From NCBI GenBank assembly GCA_040954595.2, contig CM082582.2, positions 11,590,415-11,654,414 of the forward strand: a DNA stretch of 64,000 nucleotides, written 5' to 3'. Under the pieces are notes generated by a model. That model was not told the origin of the DNA and searched no databases. It saw only the letters and a program-made list of their open reading frames with translations. Source of the DNA: Balanoglossus misakiensis (Eukaryota; Animalia; Hemichordata). Both the position numbers and the translations under genes were made by a program. Position 1 is the first letter of the stretch, and each line of letters opens with the position of its first letter. Positions 40,701-53,900 of this stretch are shown here, piece after piece.

Positions 40701-42416
40701 GACATATATATGTAAACAGTGGGAATCATTTGGTGTGCTTACCATTTCTGTGTGTATCTATCCATCGCTGACTCTGTTTCTCTGTCTGTTCCTCTTGGTC
40801 TCTTTATGTCGCCCTCTCCCTGTCTCTCTATGTATGTGCATCTACGTCTGTATCGATCTCTATCGCTGCCTGCCTCAAACACTGTTACATGTTACTTCAT
40901 CGCACCTGTACCTGCAGAGAAATCACACAAATACTTCCATTACTTAATTTTTGATCATTATTCCGTATACAGGGTGTGAATTTTGAAGTATCAGCCAGAA
41001 AAAGAAACATTTAGTACTCCGCAAAAATAAACTAAAATAACCAAAATGGTGTCAAAAGTGAGCGACTTTATTAATCTAAGATTTTTAGAGACGCATGGAA
41101 GATTCATTGAGATGCTTCGTTAATAGTAACAACAAAATTAATATTCTTTCGCAAATTGATATTTCCGGTTCTCTATTCTCTCAGTACGTGTTCTACACAA
41201 GTAGTAGTTCCTTGGCAGTTCTGGTGACCTGGCATTGTCAAATCTCTGTTTGCAGCGAGAATATTTTACAACTCGGAAGTTCCCGGTTCGGAGCGAAAGG
41301 CCAGCCATGACCACGTGGGCCAACTCAACGCGTATTTTTAGATTTGTGTATCTCTTTTGTAATTATTTATCAGATATGTATACACTTTTTCTATCTATTT
41401 CTGTCGTGTAAATATCGTAAAGAGCGGGGATTGCACTGAAGTACGCGGTTGTGGAGGAAATTGCGCGTAAGGGACGCTGAATCAGCACGTTGTCGTATTG
41501 CGCGAAAACATGAACCAGACAAAAGTCCCACCAAAATTTGGGAAACACCTTAACGTTTTGAATAATAAGTTAAAGACACCAAGAAACCTCCAGGAGATGC
41601 ACATCACTCCTCAAATGAAAGAATGTCCACGGCGATTATCGACCGTATAGTATGAAAACATACGCTTGAACAAATAAATTGGTATTAAACCCAAATCTCC
41701 CTGAAATGTCGTCGTTTTGGCAACTGGCGCGCGAAGCTTCGGTGAGACTTTGGCAAATCGAAGTTTTTGTTTAAGCCGCTGAAATCAGGGAGTACCGAAC
41801 AAATAAACTTCAAAGAGTTTAATCGACGGTAATGGATGGTTGTGCCCAAGATGAAGAGAGATTCTTTTAACAGGATACATCGCGCCGACAAAAATTTAAA
41901 CAAACAAAAAGGCGAGCAGTGAAATGTGACTTTTGGAAATCTCGAATCAAGGAAATAATACACATCTTTGTGTAATAAAGATCACGTCGACTGAAATACC
42001 CAGCAATCCAAAGAAAACAAATCTGTTGGGAAACATGGCAACGGTTTCCTGTACAGAATGTATACGCTATCCGTATATCGTGGTTATGATAATTTTGTAG
42101 AATGTGCCGGGACGTTTATTCAACTTTGGTTATTAAAAAGCTTCTCTGTGACCTTCTTAGGCACAATTTGCGCTAAATTTATCAAAGAAAGTGCTGGACG
42201 AAGTTCATGAGTTCAGAATTTGACCAGCCTTGGTTGAAACAGACATGGGATTAAGTCGGTTTTGGGGATTTGAAAGAGCTAAAAATTGCAATGAACTTGA
42301 AGACCCCCGTTATCTTCATCCGTACAGCATCCGCCAGGCCCACAATTATCACAGCGCGTTTCTCTTTTCCGGATTATCGCACTCGCTCACTTTTCTGTTT
42401 CCCTCTCTTTTTCCAG
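37781..42416 (+). other. FoxF intron (4636 bp, GT-AG, phase 1)
   Basis: Donor GTGAGA at 37781. Branch-like CTCAC, polypyrimidine tract TTTTCTGTTTCCCTCTCTTTTTCC and acceptor AG at 42415-42416. Joining restores the frame (G|GA = Gly). A late intron before a short last coding exon matches vertebrate FOXF1/FOXF2 structure. Confidence 0.9.
40765..40877. repeat. Degenerate CT/TCTG-rich low-complexity tract in the FoxF intron
   Basis: Pyrimidine-rich decayed microsatellite (TCTGTTTCTCTGTCTG...TCTCTCTATGTATG...). Confidence 0.7.
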
Positions 42417-42577
42417 GAATGAGGGCCATGCAGTCGCAAAACATGAACGAACTCCACGGCATGTGCGAGCGAAAGTACATGCTGTCAAGCCATCACAGCG
42501 GACAGGCCGTCAGCAACGGCAGCAGCGTGACGGTGCCGTCGCAGGGTAATTACTACGACGTGAAGTGCCCCATGTGA
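42417..42577 (+). CDS. FoxF: FoxF coding exon 2 (C-terminus); spliced protein is 448 aa
   Basis: GMRAMQSQNMNELHGMCERKY...YYDVKCPM*. MCERK and YDVKCPM correspond to the FoxF C-terminal motifs C(D/E)RK and QDIKPCVM of vertebrate FOXF1/2. Confidence 0.92.
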
Positions 42578-44300
42578 GCGGCTGGTCGCCGCGGAAATAG
42601 CCGAGTGCTGGTTTGAAGGGAGGAAAGAGCAAGATCACTACGGGTTCCTTGTATCAGACTGGAGCATATAAACGGATAACTGCAATTCAATTATATTGGA
42701 GACAGCCAACCACTTGAGAGAAGATAAGACGCGAGCAGTCGCGAGATAAAATTCGTGTTACATCGCGATATGAAAGGCGCGCCAAGAACTCGAGCACTTT
42801 TGGTCGAACTTTTTAGGCCGTCGGCGGGCCGCGGCACAGACAGCGGGAAGTAAAGGTATTTCCCTGCGATGAACAAAAAAATACTTTACTTAAATGTGTT
42901 GGCTTTGAGAGACTTAGAAATTTAACGCGTACCCAGACACCGGAGTTGAATTGGAGACGTCTCCTTGAAGAAACGCGAGTGTCTGGTGGAATTGCTGGGG
43001 TATGTGTGGCTGTAACCAGATAGATAGCGAAAACTGAGAACATGGCTTCAATTGGCCGCGATGTTAGAGCCGTAGTTGATATCTTAATAGGCAACAAATG
43101 GCATAAACTAATAACGTATGTTAAAATGCCAGGGTTTTTGCCGCATACGAACACTTGTTGCGCATCTGACAGCCAGCATTTGTGGTCGAGAATGTCGCAC
43201 GCATAGATATTGGACTAACATTGCATGCTAGGAAATCACATATATTAAATAGATAAATTTGTTGTTTTATTTCAATGTATTTTTTCCTTTACATTTATAA
43301 TCGCTCTATGCATGATTTTTAGATAGAGCTTGTCGCCGTGTGTGGGGCGGCACGTAATACTTAGGCGTGGTGTTCTTTTCTAGATTTTCAAGTTAACTTT
43401 ATCAGTTCGAGTTTTAAACGCGGCCTTTTGCCTGGGGGCCAACAGACCGGCATCTGCATCCGATATTAGTCCGATATCTCAGAAATGTTGGATACACTTC
43501 CATGTCATGTGGACGTTGTCTGCTAATTAAGAAGGGTAATATATATTCCTGAATGTTAACTCTATGCGATTCGAGAAGAAAATCGCTTCTCTGTCGTAAT
43601 TTTGAACACGAAATTCTTGTGAGATTCATTGTTATCGTGGTCTTGATTTGTTTGTATGTGTCGTGTACTTCAGAAGGTTCGCAGTGCCTTTTCGTATTTA
43701 CGCAAAATTTAAGTACCTATAATTATTCATGTTCTAGACAATGGCAACGCTGTGTCACGTATGAGGCATATATAGGATTTTATATTCGCAGAAATTATCC
43801 TTCTAAATGTCTGTGTAAATTTTGAATCGTTTTTATGTACCATTAATTGTAATTTTTCAATTTAATTAACGCCTATGTAAAGAGCCGAATATAAGGGACA
43901 ATATTACGAGCAAAAGTTGATGAGAATAAGCGGTTATTATTATGAGTATGGAATATTATACTTTCAGAAGTTCTTTGCTCTTTGGGGTTCAACGACATGG
44001 CAGAACAGTTAGACACCTCTGGCGTCGGATAATGTCATTCACTCCGAATGACCCTGACAACTGCATGAGTAGTGACGTTTTCGCAATGAAACGCGGAATT
44101 CGCGGCTGGGCGCGCAGCCTAACTATTCCAGGAGAAAGGGAGCTTTTCCCAGATGTTTGGGAATCTTGTAATTCTAAAACGAGATCATTAATCAAATAAT
44201 TTCTTTTAAAAATGTACCTTTTGGATGGTTCAACGAGAATTGTAATGAAGATTCGATTTATGGACCAAAATAAATACGTTCTGTTGATAATGGAAAGTCG
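42578..44300 (+). other. Probable FoxF 3' UTR with candidate poly(A) signals ATTAAA (43244-43249) and AATAAA (44269-44274)
   Basis: Increasingly AT-rich sequence after the stop codon. Each hexamer is followed by a GT/T-rich downstream element. The true end is not determinable here. Confidence 0.45.
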
Positions 44301-47300
44301 TGGGTTTGCGTTTGTATAGATGGCGTGTTTAAGAAGGGGATAGCCTATATGCATGTTTTCTGGGCATGTTTGCGTTCATGGTGTGACAGAGATGGTCGTA
44401 ACACGGGTTATTCTGTAGCGCTATTCACACATACACGGAACCAATTAACAACCAGCACACTGAGACGCGCTAATTAGCGACCCCGGGTAGGCGACGACGG
44501 GTGCCGGTCCCCCGGGGAGACCTAGATGCCGGCCGTACCGCGAATACCGCCCATCTCACAGATACTCCGCAGCAAATGGGGGATTCTCACGGTGTCATGC
44601 CGTCCCTGGTTCAAGTTCAAACTGTTTTGATGGACACAGATAGTTGACAGATGTCCGTCCAAGAGTCCGCAACCTGCAGACCATCTCGAAACGTAACACA
44701 ACCTATATTAATTTGCTGCGACTATCGACTGGCAATGGTCTGAAATTGCTCGCCTTTACCCACCCACGTGGGGCTTCAATGGCAATCAAGACTCGGCAAA
44801 AATCCGTCAGTTTGTCGAAATATCCAACCGGTATGATATGAAAAAAATGCGCACAGAGAAAAGAATGCGAAGTCGTGAAGACTTCGAGCAGTCGACTTTG
44901 TCAACCGACACCCAGAAATCGATAGATATGAAGAAAAACAATGCCAGATTGTCAACAACAGAACATCGCTCAGCCAATCAACGAAAGGGGATCTGGATAC
45001 AATAGAGGAACACTTTCAATCAGTCAAAAATTTCAGAGTCATCAAATTACTGCTTGCACGACGGTTCATCCGCATTCCCCAGCAGTCCCGGCCCGTGTTG
45101 GTCAAATTATGATGATTGCATCTCGCGCCAACATCGCGGGTCTTCTGTCGACATTTTGCGGTTTGGAATTCCGTCAGTTCCACTGACGCCTTCACTGTCA
45201 CGTTCTAGACGCCTCGTTGCCATCTCTCTATCACGTCAGCCTTTTTGGCCCTGTGTCCATTTACCATATTTCTCGCTCGAAAAGCTTCGCCATTCAGAAC
45301 ACAGATTTGCTAAGTCGAGGGACCAAAACGAGAAAGAGCGTTCTGGGGAATACGCCAACCTTTTTGACGCTGACTAGTGATCCGGTCCCTCAGTGACCTT
45401 GATCAATGTATGTCATTCGAAGGCACTAATGCGTCCAAATACCGAACGCACTATCTGTCGCTTGTTGTCCTTCGACATTATGCCAGAAATAAAACTCCCC
45501 ACGCTGTTATTCACGGGTTCTCGGAAGTGTCCTGGACCGTTCTTTAGCCGAGGGAAACCACTAGGACAGTCTACGAGAACACGATACTCGGCGGGTCGGT
45601 CAGTCTACAGGGATGTAGACGACGTCTGTCGGACGGGTCATGATCATTGTCCTCGTCCCGAATCCAGGCACCTTGACACCATTTAAAACTCTATTCCAAA
45701 CATTATTACCTGGGCTTCCTTTAAAAGCCGAAGAAAACCATACCGACTTTTATGTTCAGATAGAAAGGGGGACACAATGGTATTTGGTACATCGCTCATT
45801 AATTGGAATCCAAACCTGGACAAACAATAAATGTCACTTGTCAACAAGTTGTTCTTCACAATGTAGAAACTGCATGGGTATTAAAACCGAATACTGCATT
45901 TCAGCATGTGTTCGGCAGTAGTAGAAGAATTGTCATATACATAACACATTTTTAAATATCGAAAGTCACCCTTCTAAGACTAACTTTCGAAGCGTGCATA
46001 ACGGCAATTCCTCTGTCTGGAGATCAGAGCCAAAAACAGATACTAAGTATATCAGAGAAGGGCGATGACTCACGCCGGCCGAACTATGCATTGTACATAT
46101 TAAGATTATAAAATATGATTAAAAAGGCAAGTACATGATGAATAATTTTACAGAAATAAACACTATGACGGGGGCAAGAGATGTTTCATTGTTGTCGATG
46201 CTGACACCTAAATGAACTATAATAAATTCGGCGAACTTTTGCCCTTTTGTCTTGCTGACGATGATGGAACTAACGACTACTGACTAGAAATGACTGCACA
46301 TGCGTTGTTTCTTATTTTTCTGGTGCATTTGACAATAAGTTAGTAAAATGGCCAAGATTGAAAGACAACGGGCCCAGCAGAAGCACTTTCCACTGACGGA
46401 TTTTGCCTGGTGTGATTTATATCACCAGCGAACGATCTCGGCCAGTCACATGTTGGATCTGTCCGTGGCTGTCCATGTCAGCCCCGGTCCAGGTTCCTCG
46501 GTTTTTGGTTTCGCACAAACGACGGATGATATACGAGCTGTCGTTGGGGCAGCGTTTAGTTACCGCTTAAAACAACCCCACTAACATGTGTGGAATGAAC
46601 TTTCCAACATTATATTGCGTGTACGCCGCTAGTAACGATTTCTGTCCCGTATAAATGTCAGCGCTGAAAAGCTCACTTGTGCTCACGAGGTTAATGAATA
46701 TCGGCCATCGCTACCAAAGGTTGATAAATACCGGCTACCGATAAAAGCAGGCCTACAATATGACAGAAAAGGCATTGAAATGGGCTAACTATAAATTTCG
46801 TAAACGCTGGACATTATCGTTCGCCTGTACCTTTTTCCTAGTTTAGATCAACATGTAGTAATTAATTTATGACGGCCATTAAACGAAATCCCCCCTTAAA
46901 AAAATTATATTTTGATGTTTTGGGAAAGTATCTGATGTTTGTACACACGGCATTATATTACTTTGTTTCCATAGAAACCAGCTAAATATTAATTATCATT
47001 AATTGAATCATTTCTGTCAAAAAACTAATTTAAATTGTTGCATTGCAACGATACAACAGCGTTAAGATTTAGATCAATGGTGGACTGTCAATCATTACGT
47101 AGACATTTTAAAACACATAAATCGTTTATATTAATATAGGGAACATCTTGCAGAGCGCGCATGGAGACACTGTTGTGGTTGCGTGGATGGACAGACAACG
47201 TGGGTGGCGTTGTGTGGCCTGGAGATTGTGCCATTGAACGGATCAGGGAGATAGAGAACTCGCTTAGCAGAAACTTGAACGCTTTTAGATTCAAAATGAC

Positions 47301-50300
47301 GTAAACTCAAAAACATTCGTTCCCCTGTGAAACGACTGTTACCCTACCGAGTCCATCGCGTCCTACTATTTTGTGCACCGCCAAATCCGACCCTTTTATT
47401 GGCGTGTAGGCGACGCCGTTCTGCAGAGCAGATAAAAGTTAGCATTCCTGTAAAAATTACAATTCTCTTTTATTTTATCGTCGAGACAACTGTCACCAAT
47501 TAAACAGAAATCGATAAAAGTTAAATGAGCTCTATCGAGTATCCCGTGTCGCGATACATATCCAATGTTTGATCATAAGTAAGCTGGGAGTGCGCGGTAA
47601 AACCAGTGGGAAGTAACAAAAATAGTATATTGATCTTTAGACTACACTACACTACATATATCACTATATGAGAAATTATGGAGTACCTGTTACTTAGGGA
47701 CGAATTAACTCACACCAAATATTTTGTAAAATTATCGAGTAACGACGCCCTAGCTATATAGTGTGCTAATGTTGTTCCTAAGTCATTTTTACATATATCC
47801 ATCTTGTACTCTTGCCTCCAGTTTCCGTTTTTTGTTTGACCTTATGGCGACTTTTCACCCTGGTTCACATTTTTTTCTCTGTCTCTTTTTATTTCCATAC
47901 TTTTAAAGAGCAAACTCCGATAAGCGCTGCTTCCACTGCAAATGTTCTGAGACCACTGTGCGAAAATGCACGTTTTGCTCCGCCGGTCGATCCCTAATTT
48001 ATCTCTCCGAGCTGATAGCAGAATCGGGAGAAATCTGTCAGAGCAAGGAGATGGCGCAATTTACGAACTAAACTTCATTTAATCTGGAGAACGAGATAGA
48101 AAAAATCTCAAGTGGGCCCAGATGCCACTGTTCAGCTTTTATGGTACTTGGCACATATCGCCGTCTCCTCAGCATGACGAAAAGAAGTTGACAACCTCGT
48201 TAGGCTCGTAAATTTGTGCTGCAATTACAAGCACTTTGCAACTTTGATTTTTGAACTGGCGCTAGTTAAAATGTGTACTGCCTCTAAAGTGATTTGGCCG
48301 AGTCAAGTTCGGCTCATTCAGTTCTAACCTAGCAAAAGTTCTAAGTTAACCAAACAATCCGTTACGACAGCCCCCACAAGTTAAGTGTTTTCAGAACTTT
48401 GGAGTAAAGTTTCTCTCGTTTGCGGAAACAAACAGGATGATCGGCTCGGCCCCAAAAAATCTAGGAACTTTGCGCTCGAGGTTAAGTTGTGAGTCGCGTG
48501 TTTTCCCCGTAATTTTAAAAGGTTTTCTGACACCTGCAGCACTTCTTTGTAGAGAATTAAAAGTTGTATATTTAGGGTGGGTGATAGCCACGAGGTAAGC
48601 GAAAACGTTTTCGGAATGGTTGCCCTGGAAACCCTTTCAAGAGTGGAGAAGATGCCTACACAAACAAACAAAGGTTTCAGTTGAAAAGCACGGAAGATCG
48701 CAGTAGATAACTGAAAACAAACAAGTAGTACCCACCAAGGCGTAGTATAATTTTAATGCGCGCCGGTTATCTCATAAATCTGACTTTTTTTGCTCCACCA
48801 CAATGGGGGAAAAATCCACCACAGGCAGAGCGCCTCGTGCGGCGCTGGGTCGTCAGACGCCGCGGAACAATCTGAACATATTCCCTAAGCATCAATATTG
48901 TGGAGCCAAGCCACCGCCGGAACCCGTGACATCTTGACCCGGGCCTTTCACCTATCCCTGCGCCATACTGCGCGTAACTGTTACTGAGTACGCGCCGGGG
49001 CGGTTGGCGCGAGATAGGGCCCGAAACAGACGGGGGATTGCAATCAACGTGGAAAGGCCCTTCTTAGTGTGGCTGGCTCGGGCAGGGTCCCAGACCGATC
49101 GACGAGTGTGGCCCGCTCGACAAGAGGGAGGAATTTCCCATTGGTATGCACAGGGGTTTGACATGCGTGTTTTGTCAATCCGAGTGATCCCCCTGTCAAG
49201 CTGTCACTGAGCTCTGTTAGAGACCTATTAAAGACCGGCGCAGACCACGCCCAAGAAATCGGATCCCGCTACCATGGGGATAGTCGAGCAATGCGCAAGG
49301 CCTCACGGGAGCGCTCTAATCACAGGGCCGGCCTCTGATTGGCCAAGTGTTCGACTCCTTGCAAATGCTTAATCGACCTCGCGGTTTTCGGTTTCTTGGC
49401 TGTTTTCAGCAAAATCGTTGATTCTCATCATCCAGCGGCAATCGATACCAACCCGCATCAGCTGGTAGATGGAAAAAAAGTTGAAAGCCCTTCACGGAGT
49501 TGGGCTCGCCTATCAGCTTTCCCTGACATTAGCATACGGATCTAATCTGCAGAAATTCAATTGCGAAAATCTTAATGGATAGGATCTATTATTTCTTAAG
49601 CGATCTGTCAGCACCAAATTATCCATTTTGCTACACTCGAGTTTGACCACTTAGCATGTCAGCCGCACCCTAAACTTCTTATCGGCCAAGTTCACCGCCA
49701 TCCTCAAGTAGACCCCATCAAAATCGCAAAACCTCAAGACCATTTTAATTAAACGCGTTCCGAAGATTGAAATCAACTTTTTTTCTATATGATCAGAACC
49801 CATTATCACATTTCTTCAATCTAAAGTTGCTCTTATCTGTAACCGTTCTCCCTTTTAATCGTTTATACAAAGTCAAGCACTTAGGCCCCTGTGAAATAAA
49901 CATGTAGCCACAGTTAGTGAATTTCAGAGCCGGTGATAACACGATGGAAATCCTTCGAGTTTTGCCTTCCACTTCACATTGCATTAGTTTCAATCAAACG
50001 TTTTAGGGGCCATCGATTGTTACTGCAAAAAAAACTCAATTCCATTATCTCGGTTTGTAGATTTCAATTGAAGAATTCTGTGTTTTCTGTCTTATTTCAT
50101 TCTTAATTTTTCATAACTTCGCGTCTCTGCTACGTCATTTGTCGGTCAGACCTAGCACGTTGCGTTAAATAGAATGGAATAACACCATCCAAAACTTGAC
50201 TCTGTGTTTTGCACGTGAACGACTCTGAAATCTCACCGGGGAAGTAATTTCGTTTTGGAAAGAAATTCACGAGATGTCTGACATGCGGTAGGAACGTGGG

Positions 50301-50930
50301 CGCAATCTCTATGACTTCAACCCAGCACCCCAGACAATACGTGTTCTGTTATTGGAAATATTTCCCCTGATCGCTGTGTCATCGCAGATACTGGTCTGAA
50401 AGTGCAGAGCTGACTGTAATCAGAGGGCCGAACATCGTCTGGAGCTGGTCTAGATGAAATATGTCGATGCCCCGGGACACATTTTCAAGACACCAGAGTA
50501 AATAAAATATTTTCCTTTCATTAAGGAAAAGTTTTTATCGCGTAGGACGTGTTTTCTCCAGGGTGTATTCGTGTCACGTGATACTGGACGGATGTCGTGG
50601 CTGGATTTCCGAGCGAGTTGATCGCCGGAGTCAGAAAATGTTCAGGGCCTGGTGTTAATTATACTATGACAGGCGGCAAAAAAGAGGGGTGGACCGGTGG
50701 TACCCCAGCGAATAAAGATTGATTGTGAATGGTGATCGTTCAAAGAAAATTTAACTCAGCTTGTGTATCACATTTCTTAGCATGTTCAATTTTAGTCTTT
50801 TCAGTTATTTTTTTATGTCTTTTAAGCACGGAAATGGAGGGATTGGCTGTTATTATATCATAAAGGTATAATGGTGACGTAATTTTGAGGGAGAAGAGGC
50901 CGGTCGACTATACGAAATGTATGAAGCCGG

Positions 50931-50946
50931 ACAGACAGGCAGACAC

Positions 50947-50980
<34 letters not shown>
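50931..50980. repeat. (ACAG)n microsatellite
   Basis: Directly visible. Confidence 0.95.
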
Positions 50981-53900
50981 TTATCGCATGAAGGGAGAAA
51001 GGTGGCGGTATTGAACAGTGTGCACGGAAACAGCGTTCTCGTAAAACTTAGGCCCTGTTTGATATATTGTGTTATTTTAACGAAGTCCATATATAAACAA
51101 ATATTAAACATAGTTACTAATTCCGAAGAACACTCCTTTGGGAACGAATAACTTTGAGATCCAATGTAAGCTAGGTGCAACCCTGGAGCAAAAGGCAAGT
51201 TGTGGTGGTGGACCAGAGTCCATTTAGACATCAGGTCGCAATTATGAAATTGTACAGTTTGCGCCCCTTTTCTAAGTTTAACTTTGAAAGGTTGGCCGTT
51301 AGGTGGTTAATTTGAAGGCTTCTCCGCAAAAGTTTTCGATCGTTACTGGAAGAATGTTTCATACTGTCACAGAAACTAAACGTAAGGGCGAAAAAACGCG
51401 GGAACTTGCCCATTTAGCCTAACAGATTAAGGCTCCAATGAACTCCAAACTTCTTCGAGCAATTAATGCATGTTTATTTTACTTCATTCTGAAATTTCGA
51501 CGAAAGTTCTACCACGGCGAGTAACGAGATATGCCCGTAAACGATGAATATTTGCACTTTAGCGGGTTAGCACATACAACTTTCAGCAACACGTCTGAGC
51601 AATGGTGAGGCGGTTGCAACAGCGAACTAAAATAAAATCCTGGAAACATTTCATAATACTAGTCCACCGTAAATCATAATTTCAAGATCGCCAAGTGGAA
51701 AATAGCTGGGATTATATTTCTGCCCACGCTGACCAGGACACTTTGGACCTGTGCACGTGCGTGGTCATGAAGATTTATTGCGGTTTGACAGATTTCGTGT
51801 GTGGCGAACGACTCCCGGGTATTGTGAGCTCCTGGCCCCGGGGGAGTAGTTTAACCCCCGCATTTTGCACTTGGATGACTTCCAGGGCATCGGGCGCGCG
51901 CGATAGAGTGATTGGCACTCGGCGCGCGCGTCCGGCCGGGGATTTTTTGGCTACGCGGCGCAGCCGTACAGAACATTCAGTTCGTAACCTGTGCTCAAGT
52001 CCAAACCAACCCAGTCCTTTTACGAACTCCAGAATAACTTTATCAGTTTTCGTGAAAGCTTTTACCATGTTTACTGTGTTTTCCACAAGGTATACTACTT
52101 GTATCGCTTTTCAGGGGATGGTAAAACTACCAACACCGACGAGACTTGTAAATCTGACCCGTCAGGCATGGCATAACCAGCGCACAGAGCTATTCTAGAT
52201 TTCACTGTGACAGGTTACGATAATACTAAACGCTTTCGCCTGTCAAAGGCAATTTGAGTCTACCTCCAAAGTGCAAAAGCCTTTCATTTATCTTTCAGTA
52301 TATCACGAAAGAAGGGTTTTGGAGACACGACAAGGTCGTCTGGAGACCCCACAGACGTCAGCTCCAACATGTCGACAAGTGATGAGGATAGTACAGTCAA
52401 TTCCGCGCATTTCTCGAATCGTTTTTTTTAGCAGTTTATTTTTTCCGGATTCGGTGGAGTTTGATGGTAATCACGGTAAAACAAAATATTGTCAAATGTT
52501 GCTCGATATGTCCTAAAACTTTTACAGTATGGAAGAGTGGGGATATGATTGACAGTCCTGTCTCAAAACCACTGGCCTTTACACAAATAACTAGCAAGAT
52601 TGGCAGATAAATGGCAGATAATCTAATAGACAAATTAAATTACTAGTATGTAAACTGACAAAACTACTGTTGGCGTCGTAGACTGCCTGGCGACCGATTT
52701 GTCGCGTGCTTAACTAGCTAGGTTTGAAAACGCTGATTTTAAAATGTTAAAATAGATAAACGAAGACAACGATCGTTGGTCAACAGAAAGGTTGAAATAA
52801 GTTGATTTAACGAGCACAAAATAGAAATTGTCAGTTGGGCAGAGACGGTCGACAATCAAAAAAGAAAGAGGCATATATAAGAGATGCTGAATTGGCACAT
52901 GTGGACATTACTGCTGTAAAAACAAACAACACTGCCTTTGACGAAACTTCTCCAACGCTGAACTCTGCGACCCGCGCAAGTGTGTGATCGCGTAGCAAAC
53001 AGGTGGCAAGTAGCGATCGCTACACCCTGTTAGATGCACGAGAGAGTCTTGGGTTTGAGGGCGAAAATTGTGGCGTGGAAGATCTCTCTTTCTCTCATAC
53101 ACTTATTGTGTCGAATTACATCATCTCTTACATTAAATCATCACTCGGTTTATCTAAGAAATAAACATCGCTGAAAATTTTTGGGGTGAGCTCAATTTTT
53201 AGTTATTTGTGCCCTATACTCGGATGACATCAGTATAAATCAGCGCTGGGATTGAACATACGAGAAGTTGTGGGTAAACTACTTCTGGTGCTTTTTCGAC
53301 CATCAAAGTGACTATTGATGACTCTGTGATCGAAATATGCCGGTGATGAATTCCACGACAAAGTTCAAGTTCTCGATTGGTACGCCTGTGACGTCATCGA
53401 GCTGCCCCCTCGCAAGCTGCGCATCCTGGATGCACGGCGTCCTACGTGCAGACAGTTTCTAGATCGGATGCGCTCATTGACATGACAATGCTCGATCCCG
53501 TCGAACAAATTAATAAGTCACGTCATCTTGCAACGATTGACCCATTCAGTACGAAGAAAAAAGAAGCGCTTACAATAATAAGGCGAAATCTGGGCGCGTA
53601 AAAAATCCCTTCCTCAGTTCCGGACCCACTCGGCCCCGGCTAAATTTAAACGCCAGTACGGCCCGATGTAGGCGTTTTGGAAACAAACACAAGGCGGGAA
53701 AAATAGGCCGCCGGGTAGGGGGTCACCGTAGAAACATAAACAAGACGTTACCTTTTTGATCGCCATCCACATGTGACGGTACCATCAAGTCTATTAAAGA
53801 AAAAAAGGTGAAAAGTCAACAACAGATATAGCTGCACGTGTTGTGTAAATGCCTGACTTTATCATCGCAATGCTGACTCGCTCTTAAAACTGAAAATGTA

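Noticed and set aside
40237-40947. 236-aa intronic ORF, and similar ORFs at 18115-18585, 24243-24803, 27444-27953, 51695-52198 and 57061-57534
   Set aside because: No recognisable domain, mostly non-ATG starts, and composition typical of non-coding or low-complexity DNA.
40968-40977. TA-CAGGGTGT resembling a Tc1/mariner TIR start
   Set aside because: No matching inverted end or transposase remnant seen nearby.
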